Of a stretch of DNA of 64,000 nucleotides, positions 13,056 to 24,441 are shown piece by piece. Under the pieces are notes generated by a model that did no database searches, had not been told where the DNA came from, and saw nothing but the letters and a program-made list of their open reading frames with translations. A program made the translations under genes and the position numbers. This DNA comes from Harriotta raleighana (lineage: Eukaryota), in assembly GCA_050575255.1 (NCBI GenBank), contig JBNZDD010013687.1, positions 4,512,082 through 4,576,081 on the forward strand. Direction: 5' to 3'. Each line of letters opens with the position of its first letter. The stretch's first letter is position 1.

Positions 13056-14069
13056 TATTACAAAGGAAATCCTTGTGCCTAAGTGTATGTGTACACACAC
13101 GCTCACATTACATCTAAAGGCGTTATGCGCGTCGCTTGTGTTCATTCATAAAACAAACTCTTTGTTAGATTTTGCCACATTTCCTGTTCACTATTTCAGA
13201 ATGTTGAATATTTCAATTTTTAAAAAAACTTGAGAAATTAGAGCAAGAAAAAAACTCCCGAGTGCCAAAAGTAAAAACAGCCAAATATTTATTTTCCATT
13301 GTAATACACTCTAAACCGGATTGAAGTCCTTCCACGTCTGAGCCTTTTTCGTCACCTGTAAGCGGTTATGTTGTTCCCATTAACAGCATTATGTCAGTTG
13401 CAAATCGACTTGTCATTTCGCTGCAACAGTTATCCAATGTTTGGCTATTGATGTTTTTAGTTAAATGATTAACTGCAGTTGTGACTGATTATACACTCAA
13501 CACGATTTGTAGGTAGATTACCATGTAATGCAATGCGAAAACGATGCCTTAATTACTGTCAGTTTCTATTAAGGGTGCACGCTTTAAAATAAATACATTT
13601 GTTTGGTCTGCACCACCCTTTCATATTTGTTCTTGCAGTTAGTGATAAAACCACTTATCCTGCGAGGTCGATATGTTTATTCCCCGTTTGGTTCACGGGA
13701 ACTTCTGTTTTGCTCTAATCTTACAATCATCCTATCCTTCCAGGCATTCTCTCCATCGCACCCCCTCCCCCCCAAATATTGTGTAACGTCGACAATATTT
13801 ATCACTTGAACGTTAATGTTTTTCCAGGTGATGGTGTAACACTGAATGATTTACAATGCATATTGTTTTTGTTAGGGAGGGTGTATCCTGTTTATTACTT
13901 TCATAATTCAGATCCCCCAAATTCAGATGTGCCATTTACTTCACAGATGATTTAAGAGTGTATTTATAATCATCTCGCAATTGATGCATTTTATTTTTTT
14001 CTAATCGTTTTAAATGTAATGTTTGCTTTTGAAAGCGGGGATTTGATTTTTTTCGATGGTCCTGTTCCG

Positions 14070-14240
14070 AATGAAGTGCGTTGACTTTTGCCTGAAAGAA
14101 TGTAATGATGGGAGTCTCATGTGGGCAGCAGCACTGCTCAGGTGACCCATTGCCTTTAGAATTCACAAACACCCAAACAATTCACATTTCTAATAAAGAG
14201 TAACGTATGCATTTTGAAATGGGGCCTTTCAATGATAATA
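14070..14240. promoter_or_regulatory. CNE-like block between PAX9 and nkx2.9
   Basis: Unique, complex sequence with FOX-like CAAACA twice and homeodomain TAAT sites. Conservation not verified. Confidence 0.3.
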
Positions 14241-15275
14241 ATATTTTTTTCAGAACTGTAGAGAGGAACAGCTAATCTACACCAACGACATCCCTAGCAA
14301 CAACAACGATGGGATGGATGGTGGTTGTTTGGGGTAAATTGGTGTGATACTGGGTACACATGCCGTGTTCCAAACAATACCGTGCAATGCCTTAAGATTC
14401 ATTTGAATCACCCAAAAGGGCAGACATGACCTCGATAAAACCACTTACCCGAAGGCATGGCACTTGTAACAAAGCAGCGCTCTCTGGACTGCACTGGAAA
14501 GTAGATCAAACCAAATTATACTATAATAGATTGGGCTGAAGTCTTAATGATGGGTTGGAATCCACAACTATGAATCTTGGTGGAGGTGGGGGAAATAGCC
14601 TTGTACCTTTGGTAGGTAGAGACACGATGTATATCAAAGGGGTGGATTATTAAATGGTATTAAAGTCACATACGCAACGTTGTAAACAGCGATTGGAGAG
14701 CTAGTTCTATCATTTCGCACAGATGTAATAACTGCGTGGGTTTCCTTCTGCGATGTAACATGTAGATAGAAAATTATAGGTATGCTCACCAGTGGGATAG
14801 ATTGGGGGGGATATAGTAAAAAGGCCTTCCACAGCTCTCAGAGCACTAAGCGACAGCCCTGGAGCAAATGAGAAGCAGCTGGAGCGGCTCGTGTCTGAAC
14901 CTGAGGCCGCCTCCCGTGTCCCCAGCTAGTCTGCTGTGCCCGGGGCCTTGGGTAAGTAACTCACTTACATACTGTACTGTATATACTGCATGTGCATCTC
15001 AGCACTGTCTGATGTTTATGTGCAAGTGTTTTTCTCTCTTCTTCCACCCATCCCTTTCCCAAGCCTACCTGAACATTATTATTTTTTCAAAATCTATCTA
15101 TCGGTTTGGTCTATGTCTAGGCTTTGTTGTCATAAGTCACTTCACACGCAACATTTTTTTTTCTTGCTTCCTGCTAGCATAAACATAACGTTATGAACTT
15201 AACATGTTTGTGCACATGAAAGGCAGCTGTGTAAATTCAATCAGCTGAAGAAATATGGAGCATCGAGGTATATAT

Positions 15276-15480
15276 TAACTGAGGCATAATAGAGCAATGT
15301 TAAACACCAGGGGCAACTGTTAATTGAGGCATATTAAAGATATGTTAACCAGGGGCAAATGTAACTGAAGCATATTAAAGAGATGACAAATACCAGGGGT
15401 AAATCCTAACTGAGGCATATTAGGAGGGTGTCAAACACCATTGCAAATTGAACCAGGGCGTGTTAAGAGGATGATAAATA
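15276..15480. repeat. Degenerate minisatellite, about 4.5 copies of a 41-45 bp unit
   Basis: Approximate unit TAACTGAGGCATATTAAAGAGATGTCAAACACCAGGGGCAAATG repeated head to tail. Confidence 0.85.
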
Positions 15481-16354
15481 TTCACATGTGATTATGAGTT
15501 CAGTTGACTGCCGATTTGTTTATTTTGAGAATTTTATTCGAGGCAACATTGACAATTGGAGCAGATTGTTAATCTAAAGTAGAACATGATTAAACTGGTT
15601 GCTTCACAATATGAATGGTATATGAGGCAATGTCTTGTAATTCTTCCATTTTTACTATTTTGGCACCTTGGTTAGTTTTCATGTACACTTAGGTGGAACT
15701 CTGTCTTGTTTGGATGTTCTTAAGCACTTTATGGGTTTTTGAACCTTTAATAGCCCCCCAAAAGCCTTGTGTTTGAATCAAAGATTTAAGAATGCCTTGC
15801 AGAAGTATTGCAAGCAAAATATAAACAGAATTTATTATCTATTAAAAGTACTTTTCCATTTTTAAAGTGCTTCATGCAATTCTGTATAATTATGTGTCCA
15901 ATTCTAATAATGAATAAATGTACAGATATTTAGAATATTTGTAATTTTCTTGTAAGATACCACCGCATTGAATCCTGTTACTTTCACATTGGCGCAGAAT
16001 GCTACTGCAAGCTTGTTAATATTCGTGAATTATTTCACATGTAAGCAGCCCAATAATAAACTGATATTGCCAATAAAAACATTTTTGCCTAATATTCTCT
16101 CCCCTCTTCTACCCCCTATACATACTCAGTGGTCACTATTATTTGGACTGGAATATGAGTCCCATGAGCCAGCTAGCCCTTGGAGCATCTCTGTGAGTGG
16201 GCATTATTTATTAGAATTTAGTTTTGTGAAGCAATTGACCACAGGGACATCACAGATGGGTCTGATTCTAACACTCAATTTCTGCACATGCACAAGTACT
16301 GGCAGAGGGCAGTGGATTGCAACTGGAAGTGGAACTGCACTTATGGTCACCTTC

Positions 16355-16452
16355 CCCTTCTTCCAGCTCGGTCTTGGGCTCCGCCATTATGAAGCTCTCT
16401 GAGACGCTGCCCGGCATGGAGGGCACTGTACAAATGCACATTGTTGTTGTTG
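16355..16452 (+). mobile_element. Degraded L2-type 3' tail
   Basis: GAAGCTCTCTGAGACG...GGCACTGTACAAATGCACA(TTG)n resembles the tails at about 21310-21370 and 58710-58791. Confidence 0.6.
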
Positions 16453-18444
16453 GAAACTAGCTGATTTCCAACCCTCTCCTTGCTTTCTGGACCAGATGTA
16501 CTGAGCAACCTCCCCAACTGAGGTAACTCCCTACCTTAACCTTTACCCATTAGAGGTGTTAAAGTCTGTATTTTGAACAAATTGAACCTGAGATTCATTC
16601 ATTAAGTATAATTGAGTTTTTAAGTTGCTTTAAATTATTCTAGCCAATACTGAAAACTATAGGATCTAATTTTCTGACTATTTCACATCTGGAACATTTC
16701 TTATCTACATTATGTGACTCAGTTTCAATCTTGGAAGGGACTTTACCAAATGAGCTGTGGGGGGAGCTGTGGCTCTGTGTTTTCTCCTTGGATCTCTTTT
16801 TTTTCAATGAAAACCTGTTCATCTCTGCCCACTAGTCCTGAAAGACCTGGACTTGCCACTCTAAATAATCTTGCAACATATTAATACATTTTTTATGGTA
16901 CACAGAGGATACCTAATGTGCCATGCACAGTTAGTTATACAAGGTTAGTAAACTTTATTTTGACTGGCAATTGGCCTTGAGACAATTGACAAGTGTTTTG
17001 TTCACTTTGTTGATAACCAATGCACATTATCTATAATTTCCATAATTAAGCTCCATTTTTTTCTGTACTTCGGTCAAAGCCCCTTTTGTTGTGCGCACTG
17101 CTTAAAATATCATTTTTCAATATGCATTACAAAAACATTATTTTATTAAAATCTATTTGCCATCGCAGGCCATCTGTTGAACTAGTGGTTCAGTTCTTCA
17201 TATTATTCATGCTTGACATCTATATTAATCACCTGGACATGAAGCTTGCAAGAAGTCATAAATGATTTGCAAATCTTCACAGGCCAGCAAAAGACAAACA
17301 TGACTGTATAGTATTAAACTTTCTGAGAAAAAGAGCATACTCATTCTGAATAATGAGTAGTCTTTGGGAATAATAAATGCACTAATTAATGTACTGAAAT
17401 ATTTTATTCTATTTGTGCAGGAACCTTTTCCAATGTTTGAAACAAACACAAACAGCTAGTAATTAATGCATCAAAAGGGTCATACACCCATCCAAGCCAA
17501 CATGTTAGGTTTCTCTTTATTTCCTTTGAGTGTTGTTCACTTTTGTTTGAGATGAAACATTCAGCTGACTAATGACTTTCAGGCCATATGGATAATATTA
17601 ACACACATTCTGTGCTTGTATCTTGTTTACTGTAAAGAAAGGATGTTAGAAGTTTAGACCAATGTGGTACTAATTTTACCAGCTTCCATTTTAGACACAT
17701 TTCGGTAATGTTTATTTAAATGCATCTTGCTTGCAGATGCATAGAATTTGCTTTCATTTGAAATATGTTTTGTTTCATTCTTTTGAATTTCTTTTACCAG
17801 ATCTCTTACAGCAGGCAATGTATTTAAGGCCAAAACTATTACACAGGATAGAAATATCTGTGACAGCAGTGCCCTTTCCTCTTCCAGTTCTGTGTGCCAA
17901 ATTGCGAAATTGCACTCATTATAAACAATGGAAAACTGAACAGAATTCTAAACAGTAAAAGGAAAATCAGAAGTTACTTAAACTATTACTTGCTTTCTGT
18001 ATGCAACGGAAAAAAGTTTATTATTACAGAGATTTCTAAAGATAGTACATTATTACTTAAACACTGATGGTGGGGGTGGACAAAATGAGAGAAAGCAGTA
18101 TTGTGTTTCTGTGTGCAAATCTGGTTGCTATTAAGATAAAACACGTCAGCAGAATGATACAGGAAGACACAAAATTGTACACTTTTGCATGAGAATAGGA
18201 GATTATACATTGAATGGGAAAGTAATATGGATGAATATATCCATGTGTTTGCTAAATAGTCAGTTTAAATTCCCTACTTTCTTTGAATATGAAGGTGTCT
18301 CAATCCTTTCTTCTCTCACTTCTCACATTGATTGAGAATAAAATGGTGGAATCATTTTGAAGGATTCAATGGCTTATAGAAAGAAATCCTGTGCCTATTC
18401 TAGCAAAAGCAGTTTCAACCTGGAGTGGTGCCCAGAAAAATAAT

Positions 18445-19215
18445 TGTCCACTAGCCCCTGCACCGTCAGGGCTCGGTACTTCGTCCATACTTCTTCAATA
18501 TCTATATGCTCCCTTTTGGTGACATCAGCTGCAGACATGGGGTTAACTTCCACATGTATGCAGATGACACCCAACTGTATATCTCTGTCTCCACTGCTGA
18601 ATTTACAGAGTGTCTGTCAGATATCAAGTTCTGGATGAGAGCTAACCATCTATAGCTCAAATTCAATAAGACCAAGGCCCTACTGATTGGCTCCTGTCAG
18701 CATCTCTACATCTCAGACACTGACAACATGATCATCCAAGGATGCACACTCCACCTTACAGATCCAGTCTGGAACCTTGGCATCTTGCTTGACTCTCAAC
18801 TGTCCTTTCTACTCCATATCTGTACCATGACCTGCTCTGCCTTCCACCACCTCCGCTACTTTGCCAGTCTCCACCACTGTCTCACACCGATAGTGTTCGA
18901 AACCCTCGTACACACTTTCATAACATCCAAGCTAGATTTCACAAATTCTAAGCTTGTCTGCCTCCCCAACTCGTCCCTCAATAGGTTGTAGTTCATCCAG
19001 AATTCTGCAGCCCATATCCCCTCCCGCATCAGGCTCACGACCCACATCACCCACATCCTCACTCCACTCTGGTTTCCCATCACACAGCGGATACAATTAA
19101 AAAATTCTGGTCCTTACTTTCAAAGCCCTCCATAGACCCAACCCTCACCCCCATACACTTCTGCTACATCCTAAACCTCTACCAACCTACCGACTTTCTT
19201 CACTCAGTGGGCTCC
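18445..19215 (+). mobile_element. L2-clade LINE ORF2 fragment, decayed
   Basis: RT motifs QGSVL and [11 protein letters not shown] (YADD at 18557-18568), then WNLGILLDSQLSF and TLVHTFITSKLDF. Contains stops and frameshifts. Confidence 0.92.
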
Positions 19216-20209
19216 GAGCTTTTGAAAGAAACATTAAACCACCGTAAGCCAATTCAGGTGAATGTTAAAGGTGCTGTGGCACAATTTGAGACAGGAAGAT
19301 GTCCAATACACAGCTCTCACATTCAGGCCTGATTAACTTAAATATTTCCCAGAGAGAGTACATTAAGCTAATCTCTTAGTATTTTGTGTAATTTTCTCCA
19401 TCCTAGATTCATGCAGTTAAGTTTATGTTCTTACTTTTTTTCTTCCATTCTTGGTACTGTGTGGTAAAAGGGGGTTAATGTGATGAGTGTTTGGGTTCAG
19501 GGAGAGAGTGGCAGGTATTTGTAGCTAAATGGTCTGTTACATTTGTTAACGGAGGAGGTATCAATCTGTTTGTCTTAAGTGGTAAAAAGTTGTTTAAGTG
19601 TTTTTTGTTTGTAGTTCTTGTATTAAATTGTAGGAGTTTTATGTTTCCAAATTGTAATAATGCAAAAAACATTTTAAAAATAAAACACAAGTACTGTAGA
19701 AACATAAAAAAGGAGGGAGGGGAGAGAGAGGAGTTGCTGAGGTTTGGAGTTGGAACTAATACTTGACTTTAACATTACTAATCCTAAAACTCTGAATCTC
19801 AGGAATTTTCAGGAGATGTGAATTTGGGGTATTTGTTTACCCCTGGTGGTCCAAGTGTTGAAGCTCAATGATTAGATATCTTAGAGCATGTGATATTATA
19901 CCTTGTTAAAGTTGTATTGATATTATCTTATCAATATGTTATAAATATTATGTGCATGCTTCATCAAATATAGGCACATATAAGAAGCCTAAGGATTGAA
20001 TAAATGAAGATAGTTTTACTAATCACCAAGTGTTTTGGTGTCATTTGTGAGAGTGCTCTGTCCGGCAAAAACGCCAAATAGTAATAAAGAGGGGAAGGAT
20101 CACTCCTTTCAGAGTGCACCTGGAATTAGTGTGTAACTCTCTTCCAAAGATAAGGATCTTGCGATAATGCGCATGGAGCCTCAAGCATAAAAGAATGCAA
20201 AAATATTAA

Positions 20210-20545
20210 TATAATAATCCTTGCATTTGATATAATGCTTTTCACGTCTTTGGCATCTTGGGACGTCCTCCTGACATGAAAGGCACCAAACAAATGTAAT
20301 TTTGTGATTGTTGTTCTAGATGTTTCAAAGCGCATCACAGAATATACTGTGCAGTGAATTGACTATATTTGTGGGCAAAATACAGTAGCCAATGGTCCCA
20401 CACCCAGTTGTAGATTGAAATGGTGATTTTTTTTGGAGGGATTATCATCAAGGATCAGGCATGTGTGGTAAGGAAACTTGGCCAAGGTCTCAAACCCAGG
20501 TATCTTGTTTGGGAGGCAATTGCTCTAACCATTGAGCTACAACCT
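20210..20545 (-). mobile_element. Diverged near-full-length tRNA-SINE containing a nested opposite-strand L2 tail
   Basis: Reverse complement of the SINE tail, core and head (GCTCTAACCATTGAGCTACA at about 20522-20541), interrupted at 20251-20315. Confidence 0.85.
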
Positions 20546-20549
20546 TTAA

Positions 20550-21370
20550 GGCTCTGTCCTTGATTTTTTTCTGGTCATATCTCTCTCACCGCCTTCACTT
20601 TGTCTCCTCCAATGCTTTTCCTCCAGCCCTCGCACAGTCTCATGCGGCATTCCCCAGAGCTCTGTCCTTGTGCCCTTGCTCTTCACCCTCTACATGTTCC
20701 CCCTCGGCGACATTATCCACAGACATGGGATAAATTTCCACATGTATGCGGATGATACCCAACGCTACCTTTCCGCTTCCACCCTCAACTCCAGGACAAC
20801 TGGTGTTCTGACTGCATGTCTGTCCAACATTGAGTCCTGGATGAGGGACAACTTCTTCCAACTAAATGTCAACAAGACGGAGGCCTTCCTGATTGAGTCA
20901 TGTCAGCACCTCCAGACCTCAGGCACTGGCAACATCAGCATTCAAGGCTGTACTCTCCACCTCTTGAAGCTAGTCAGGAATCTGGGCATCTTGTTTGATC
21001 CATTCACGGCCTTGCCTCCACCTATCTCTCTGACCTGCTGTCTGCCTATCTGCCTGCCCATCCCTTCTGTTCAGTGGGCTCTGGCATCCCCCACCCAAAC
21101 CGCCCTACCATTGGTGGCCGGGCTTGCAGTCTCTCTGCCCCCACACTCTGGAACTCCATCCCACAATCCCTTCACCTCGCTTCCTCCCTTTCCTCCTTCA
21201 AGGCCGGTCTCAAGACCTTCCTGTTCGACTGTGCCTTCTGCCCCACTCCTAACTCTCCACCCTCTCCTATTCCCCATACCCCTCCTCCCACCCCGCTCGG
21301 GTCCCGATCTAACTGTTCAGCGCCTTGGGACGTGAAAGGCACTCTATAAATGTAATTTTGTTGTTGTTGT
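20550..21370 (+). mobile_element. L2-clade LINE 3' fragment with internal deletion and (TTG)n tail
   Basis: [30 protein letters not shown]...RNLGILFDP, then GGRACSLSAPTLWNSIP...FKAGLKTFLF in another frame, and 3' end CAGCGCCTTGGGACGTGAAAGGCACTCTATAAATGTAATT(TTG)n. Confidence 0.93.
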
Positions 21371-22314
21371 ACAGGACTCCACAGAGTCATCAAGGTCATT
21401 CAATCCATTTACAGAGCTATCTACTCCAATTCCAAAACAATGTTGTTTCCCCTGTGTTCTTTTCAGTTTTTTTTTATAGTATTAATTCAGCTGTGTTTAA
21501 ATATTGAGATGAAATGCTCTCAAATGCATTTTCTGGCAAATTCTCAGAAATAAACAACTTGTGCCCATTATAGTTTTAAGGCTTGTACCAGCTATAATGA
21601 GGCTTTTTCAAATTAGATTAAGAACTAGATTTTAAAAATTAGAAACAGACTTTTTTTCGGCTAAAGCCCAAAACTCAACGTGGAACTTTTCAGTCACTGC
21701 AGCATATTTTGAAATGGACCAGAAAACTGTAACCAGAAATTTTTTCAAGCCATTGAAATAATGTGCTCCACTTGAAGACACCCTCTGCAATTAACAATAT
21801 ATATGATAAAATGAATGTCTCCTTTATAACATGTGAAGTTGACACGGAAATATTTTTCATCCAAAGATGCCATGAGCGAATCTTCCTTGATGAGTTGCAT
21901 GCAGCTCGTGCCTTAATCATATAGTTTCTGGAAGCAATTTGAAGTCAATAGGAAATGGATGCAGCCTATCAGAGTAAAGTTCCAACTCTATGGAGTTCTC
22001 TGTGTCACATGGCTCAAATACATCAGAATAGTTGCCAGCTGAACTCTCCTTGCAGATGACAGGAAGATGTCTCACACAGATTTAAATCGAAATGGATGAT
22101 TTTGGTAATGATCTAGAAAGCTCCTGGCATATACCTGCTTCACATTCAAGTGATTGGCCTTTTTTAAAAAAAAGTATAGTACAGTATTTTTTTCCAAGTA
22201 ATACTACTAAACCTACTATCAAATTCTTCACAATACTACATGTGGCTTCTACCTATATTGTGTGTGTAATTAGATATATTTATGTATGTGTGTGCATAAA
22301 ATCGCTCAAGAAAT

Positions 22315-22476
22315 AAAAATAATTTGATCACTTCAATCCGTGAATGTTTGTGGGACAGTGCTATGTGCAATTGGCTGCTGCATTTCACCCACAAAGTCAA
22401 TTCACTTTATATATATATATTCTGTAAAGACATGAAGACATGAAAAACACTATATCAAATCCAAGGTTTATTATTT
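22315..22476 (+). mobile_element. Truncated SINE (core and tail)
   Basis: TTTGTGGGACAGTGCTATGTGCAATTGGCTGCTGC core and CTATATCAAATCCAAGG tail. Confidence 0.8.
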
Positions 22477-22526
22477 ATATAGATATAGATATAGAATTTC
22501 CCAGTGCAACACTAATTCACCAGTGA

Positions 22527-22590
22527 TAACAACAACAAAATTATTTTTGCAGAGCACCTATCATATTGGGAGGACGTTCTAAGGTTCTGG
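22527..22590 (-). mobile_element. L2-type 3' tail fragment
   Basis: (CAA)n followed by ...GGGAGGACGTTCTAAGG, the reverse complement of the L2 tail. Confidence 0.6.
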
Positions 22591-23265
22591 TATACTAATT
22601 ACATGCATGCCCACCACAACACAGGTTAAATTTTGTTTACTGTGGCTGCAGTAAGATTCCATGTAATTTACCCACAAAAATATTATGTGACTAGCCACAT
22701 TCATGAAGGAAGAACCAGGGTTACACCCCAGGCTTAAAAACAGGATGAATTTATTGTAAACTTATTCGCAAGACTTCATTTGCTCACACCCACCGAGTTC
22801 TATAGAAAGGAAAGAGTCACTTGAAGTATTCATTCACAAGTAGAAATACATGTGTCACATGAACTTAATGAGTTCTCATTGGGCTCCCTCCTATCAGCTC
22901 AGTCACTTCTTCAACCCAATTATTTGTGTTATAATTAAGGAGGAACTGATTTCCACTTCTGACAACTGCTCATGTCTTTTGGAGAAGGTCAATGTATTGG
23001 GTGAACAATTCTGGACAAACATTTGTAGAGTTACTGAGTGGGGAATTTGAGGAGTAAAATAATGCAACCTGTACTACGTTGCCTTCCCCTGAACCACTCT
23101 TGTACCATCTTGTACTCAAAACAGCACTTCTCAAACCACAATGGCAGTTGGCCACTTTCAACAACGTCACTCAGAATGGGCAGCATTCCATCAAAGTGGC
23201 AGGAGAGGAGGAGGTGGAATGGCTTCAGGCAGTATTCCATTGAACTATTTTATATCTCTAATAAA

Positions 23266-23475
23266 AATAATAATCCCTCAAAAAAAAACTACAATAATAA
23301 AATTGGTCATTTCAATCTATGACTGTTTGTGGGACACTGCTGTGTGCAATTGGCTGCCGCATTCCGCCCAAAAATATACAGTCAATTCACTTTACAGTAT
23401 ATTCTGTGAAGCGCTTTGGGACGTTGATAAGATGTGAAAAGCGCTATATCAAATGCAAGGATTATTATTATTATT
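23266..23475 (+). mobile_element. 5'-truncated young SINE copy
   Basis: Colinear and ungapped with 11536-11740, roughly ten mismatches by eye, ends in (ATT)n. Confidence 0.92.
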
Positions 23476-23719
23476 AACTTTCAAAGCTTCATGCCTTTCA
23501 TGAGAAAAAAAATCTTATACAAGTATTTGTTTCATGACAGTATTTTGAGGATTAGCCAGGTGTTTGAAACACGGGGAAACCTACCACCCTGCTTTACCAA
23601 GCTGAGAGGGTTTGGACATTCTTATGCATTTATGCATGCAAATTCCATCTATCAATTTTTTCTTTTTTTTCCCCCACAAATGTAGCTTGCCCTAACATGT
23701 TGTATGTAAGTGGCCTCTG

Positions 23720-24441
23720 TCCTCAATTGTCCTTTCTTCTGCATATCCATGGCAAGACCAGCACTGCATTCTATCACCTCCACAACATTGCTTGACTCTC
23801 TACTGTGTCACCTCTCAGGCTGCCGAAACCCTCGTACATACATTTTTCACCTCAAGGCTCAACTATGGAAACTCCCTGTTTGTCGTCCTCCCCAACTCTT
23901 CCCTCCACAAGCTGCAGATTATCCAAAACTCTGCAGTTCGAGTCCTCTCCAGCACCAGGCCCCATGACCCCATCACTCCCACCCTCGCCCAGCTTCAGTG
24001 GCTTCCCATCCCTCAGAGGATCAAATTCAAAATCCTTGTCCTCACTTTCAAGGTCCTTCATGGCCTTGCCCTCTCCTCCCACTCTGACCTGCTGACCCCC
24101 TATCCATCTGTCTGCTCCCTCTATTCATTAGACACAGGCCTGCTCCTTGTTTCGCATCCGACCCGCTCTACCATTGCCAGCCAGGCTTTCTGCGTCTTTG
24201 CAGCCACCCTTTGGAACTCCATCTGATAATCCCTTCACCTTGCTTCCTCCTTCAAGGTCAGACTCAAGACCCTCCTTTTCAATCATCAGCCACCGTCCTA
24301 CCTCTCTGCCCACCCACATCCCTACCCACTCCCACCCCTCGCCCCCACCCCCATGTTTGGGATCTGACTCCTGACTGTTCAGCACTTTAGGATGATCTCC
24401 CAACGTGAAAGATGTTCTACAAATATAATTTTGTTGTTGTT
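23720..24441 (+). mobile_element. L2-clade LINE 3' end fragment
   Basis: AETLVHTFFTSRLNYGNSL...IQNSAVRVL...ITPTLAQLQWLPIPQRIKFKILVLTFK...ATLWNS is the typical L2 ORF2 C-terminus, followed by a C-rich 3' UTR and (TTG)n tail. Confidence 0.93.

Noticed and set aside
15276-15480. CRISPR-like repeat and spacer appearance
   Set aside because: The segments between conserved blocks are themselves homologous, the context is vertebrate and there are no cas genes. It is a minisatellite.
20670-21335. 221-aa ORF with a YADD motif as a functional reverse transcriptase
   Set aside because: It is a truncated, internally deleted and frameshifted L2 ORF2 fragment.
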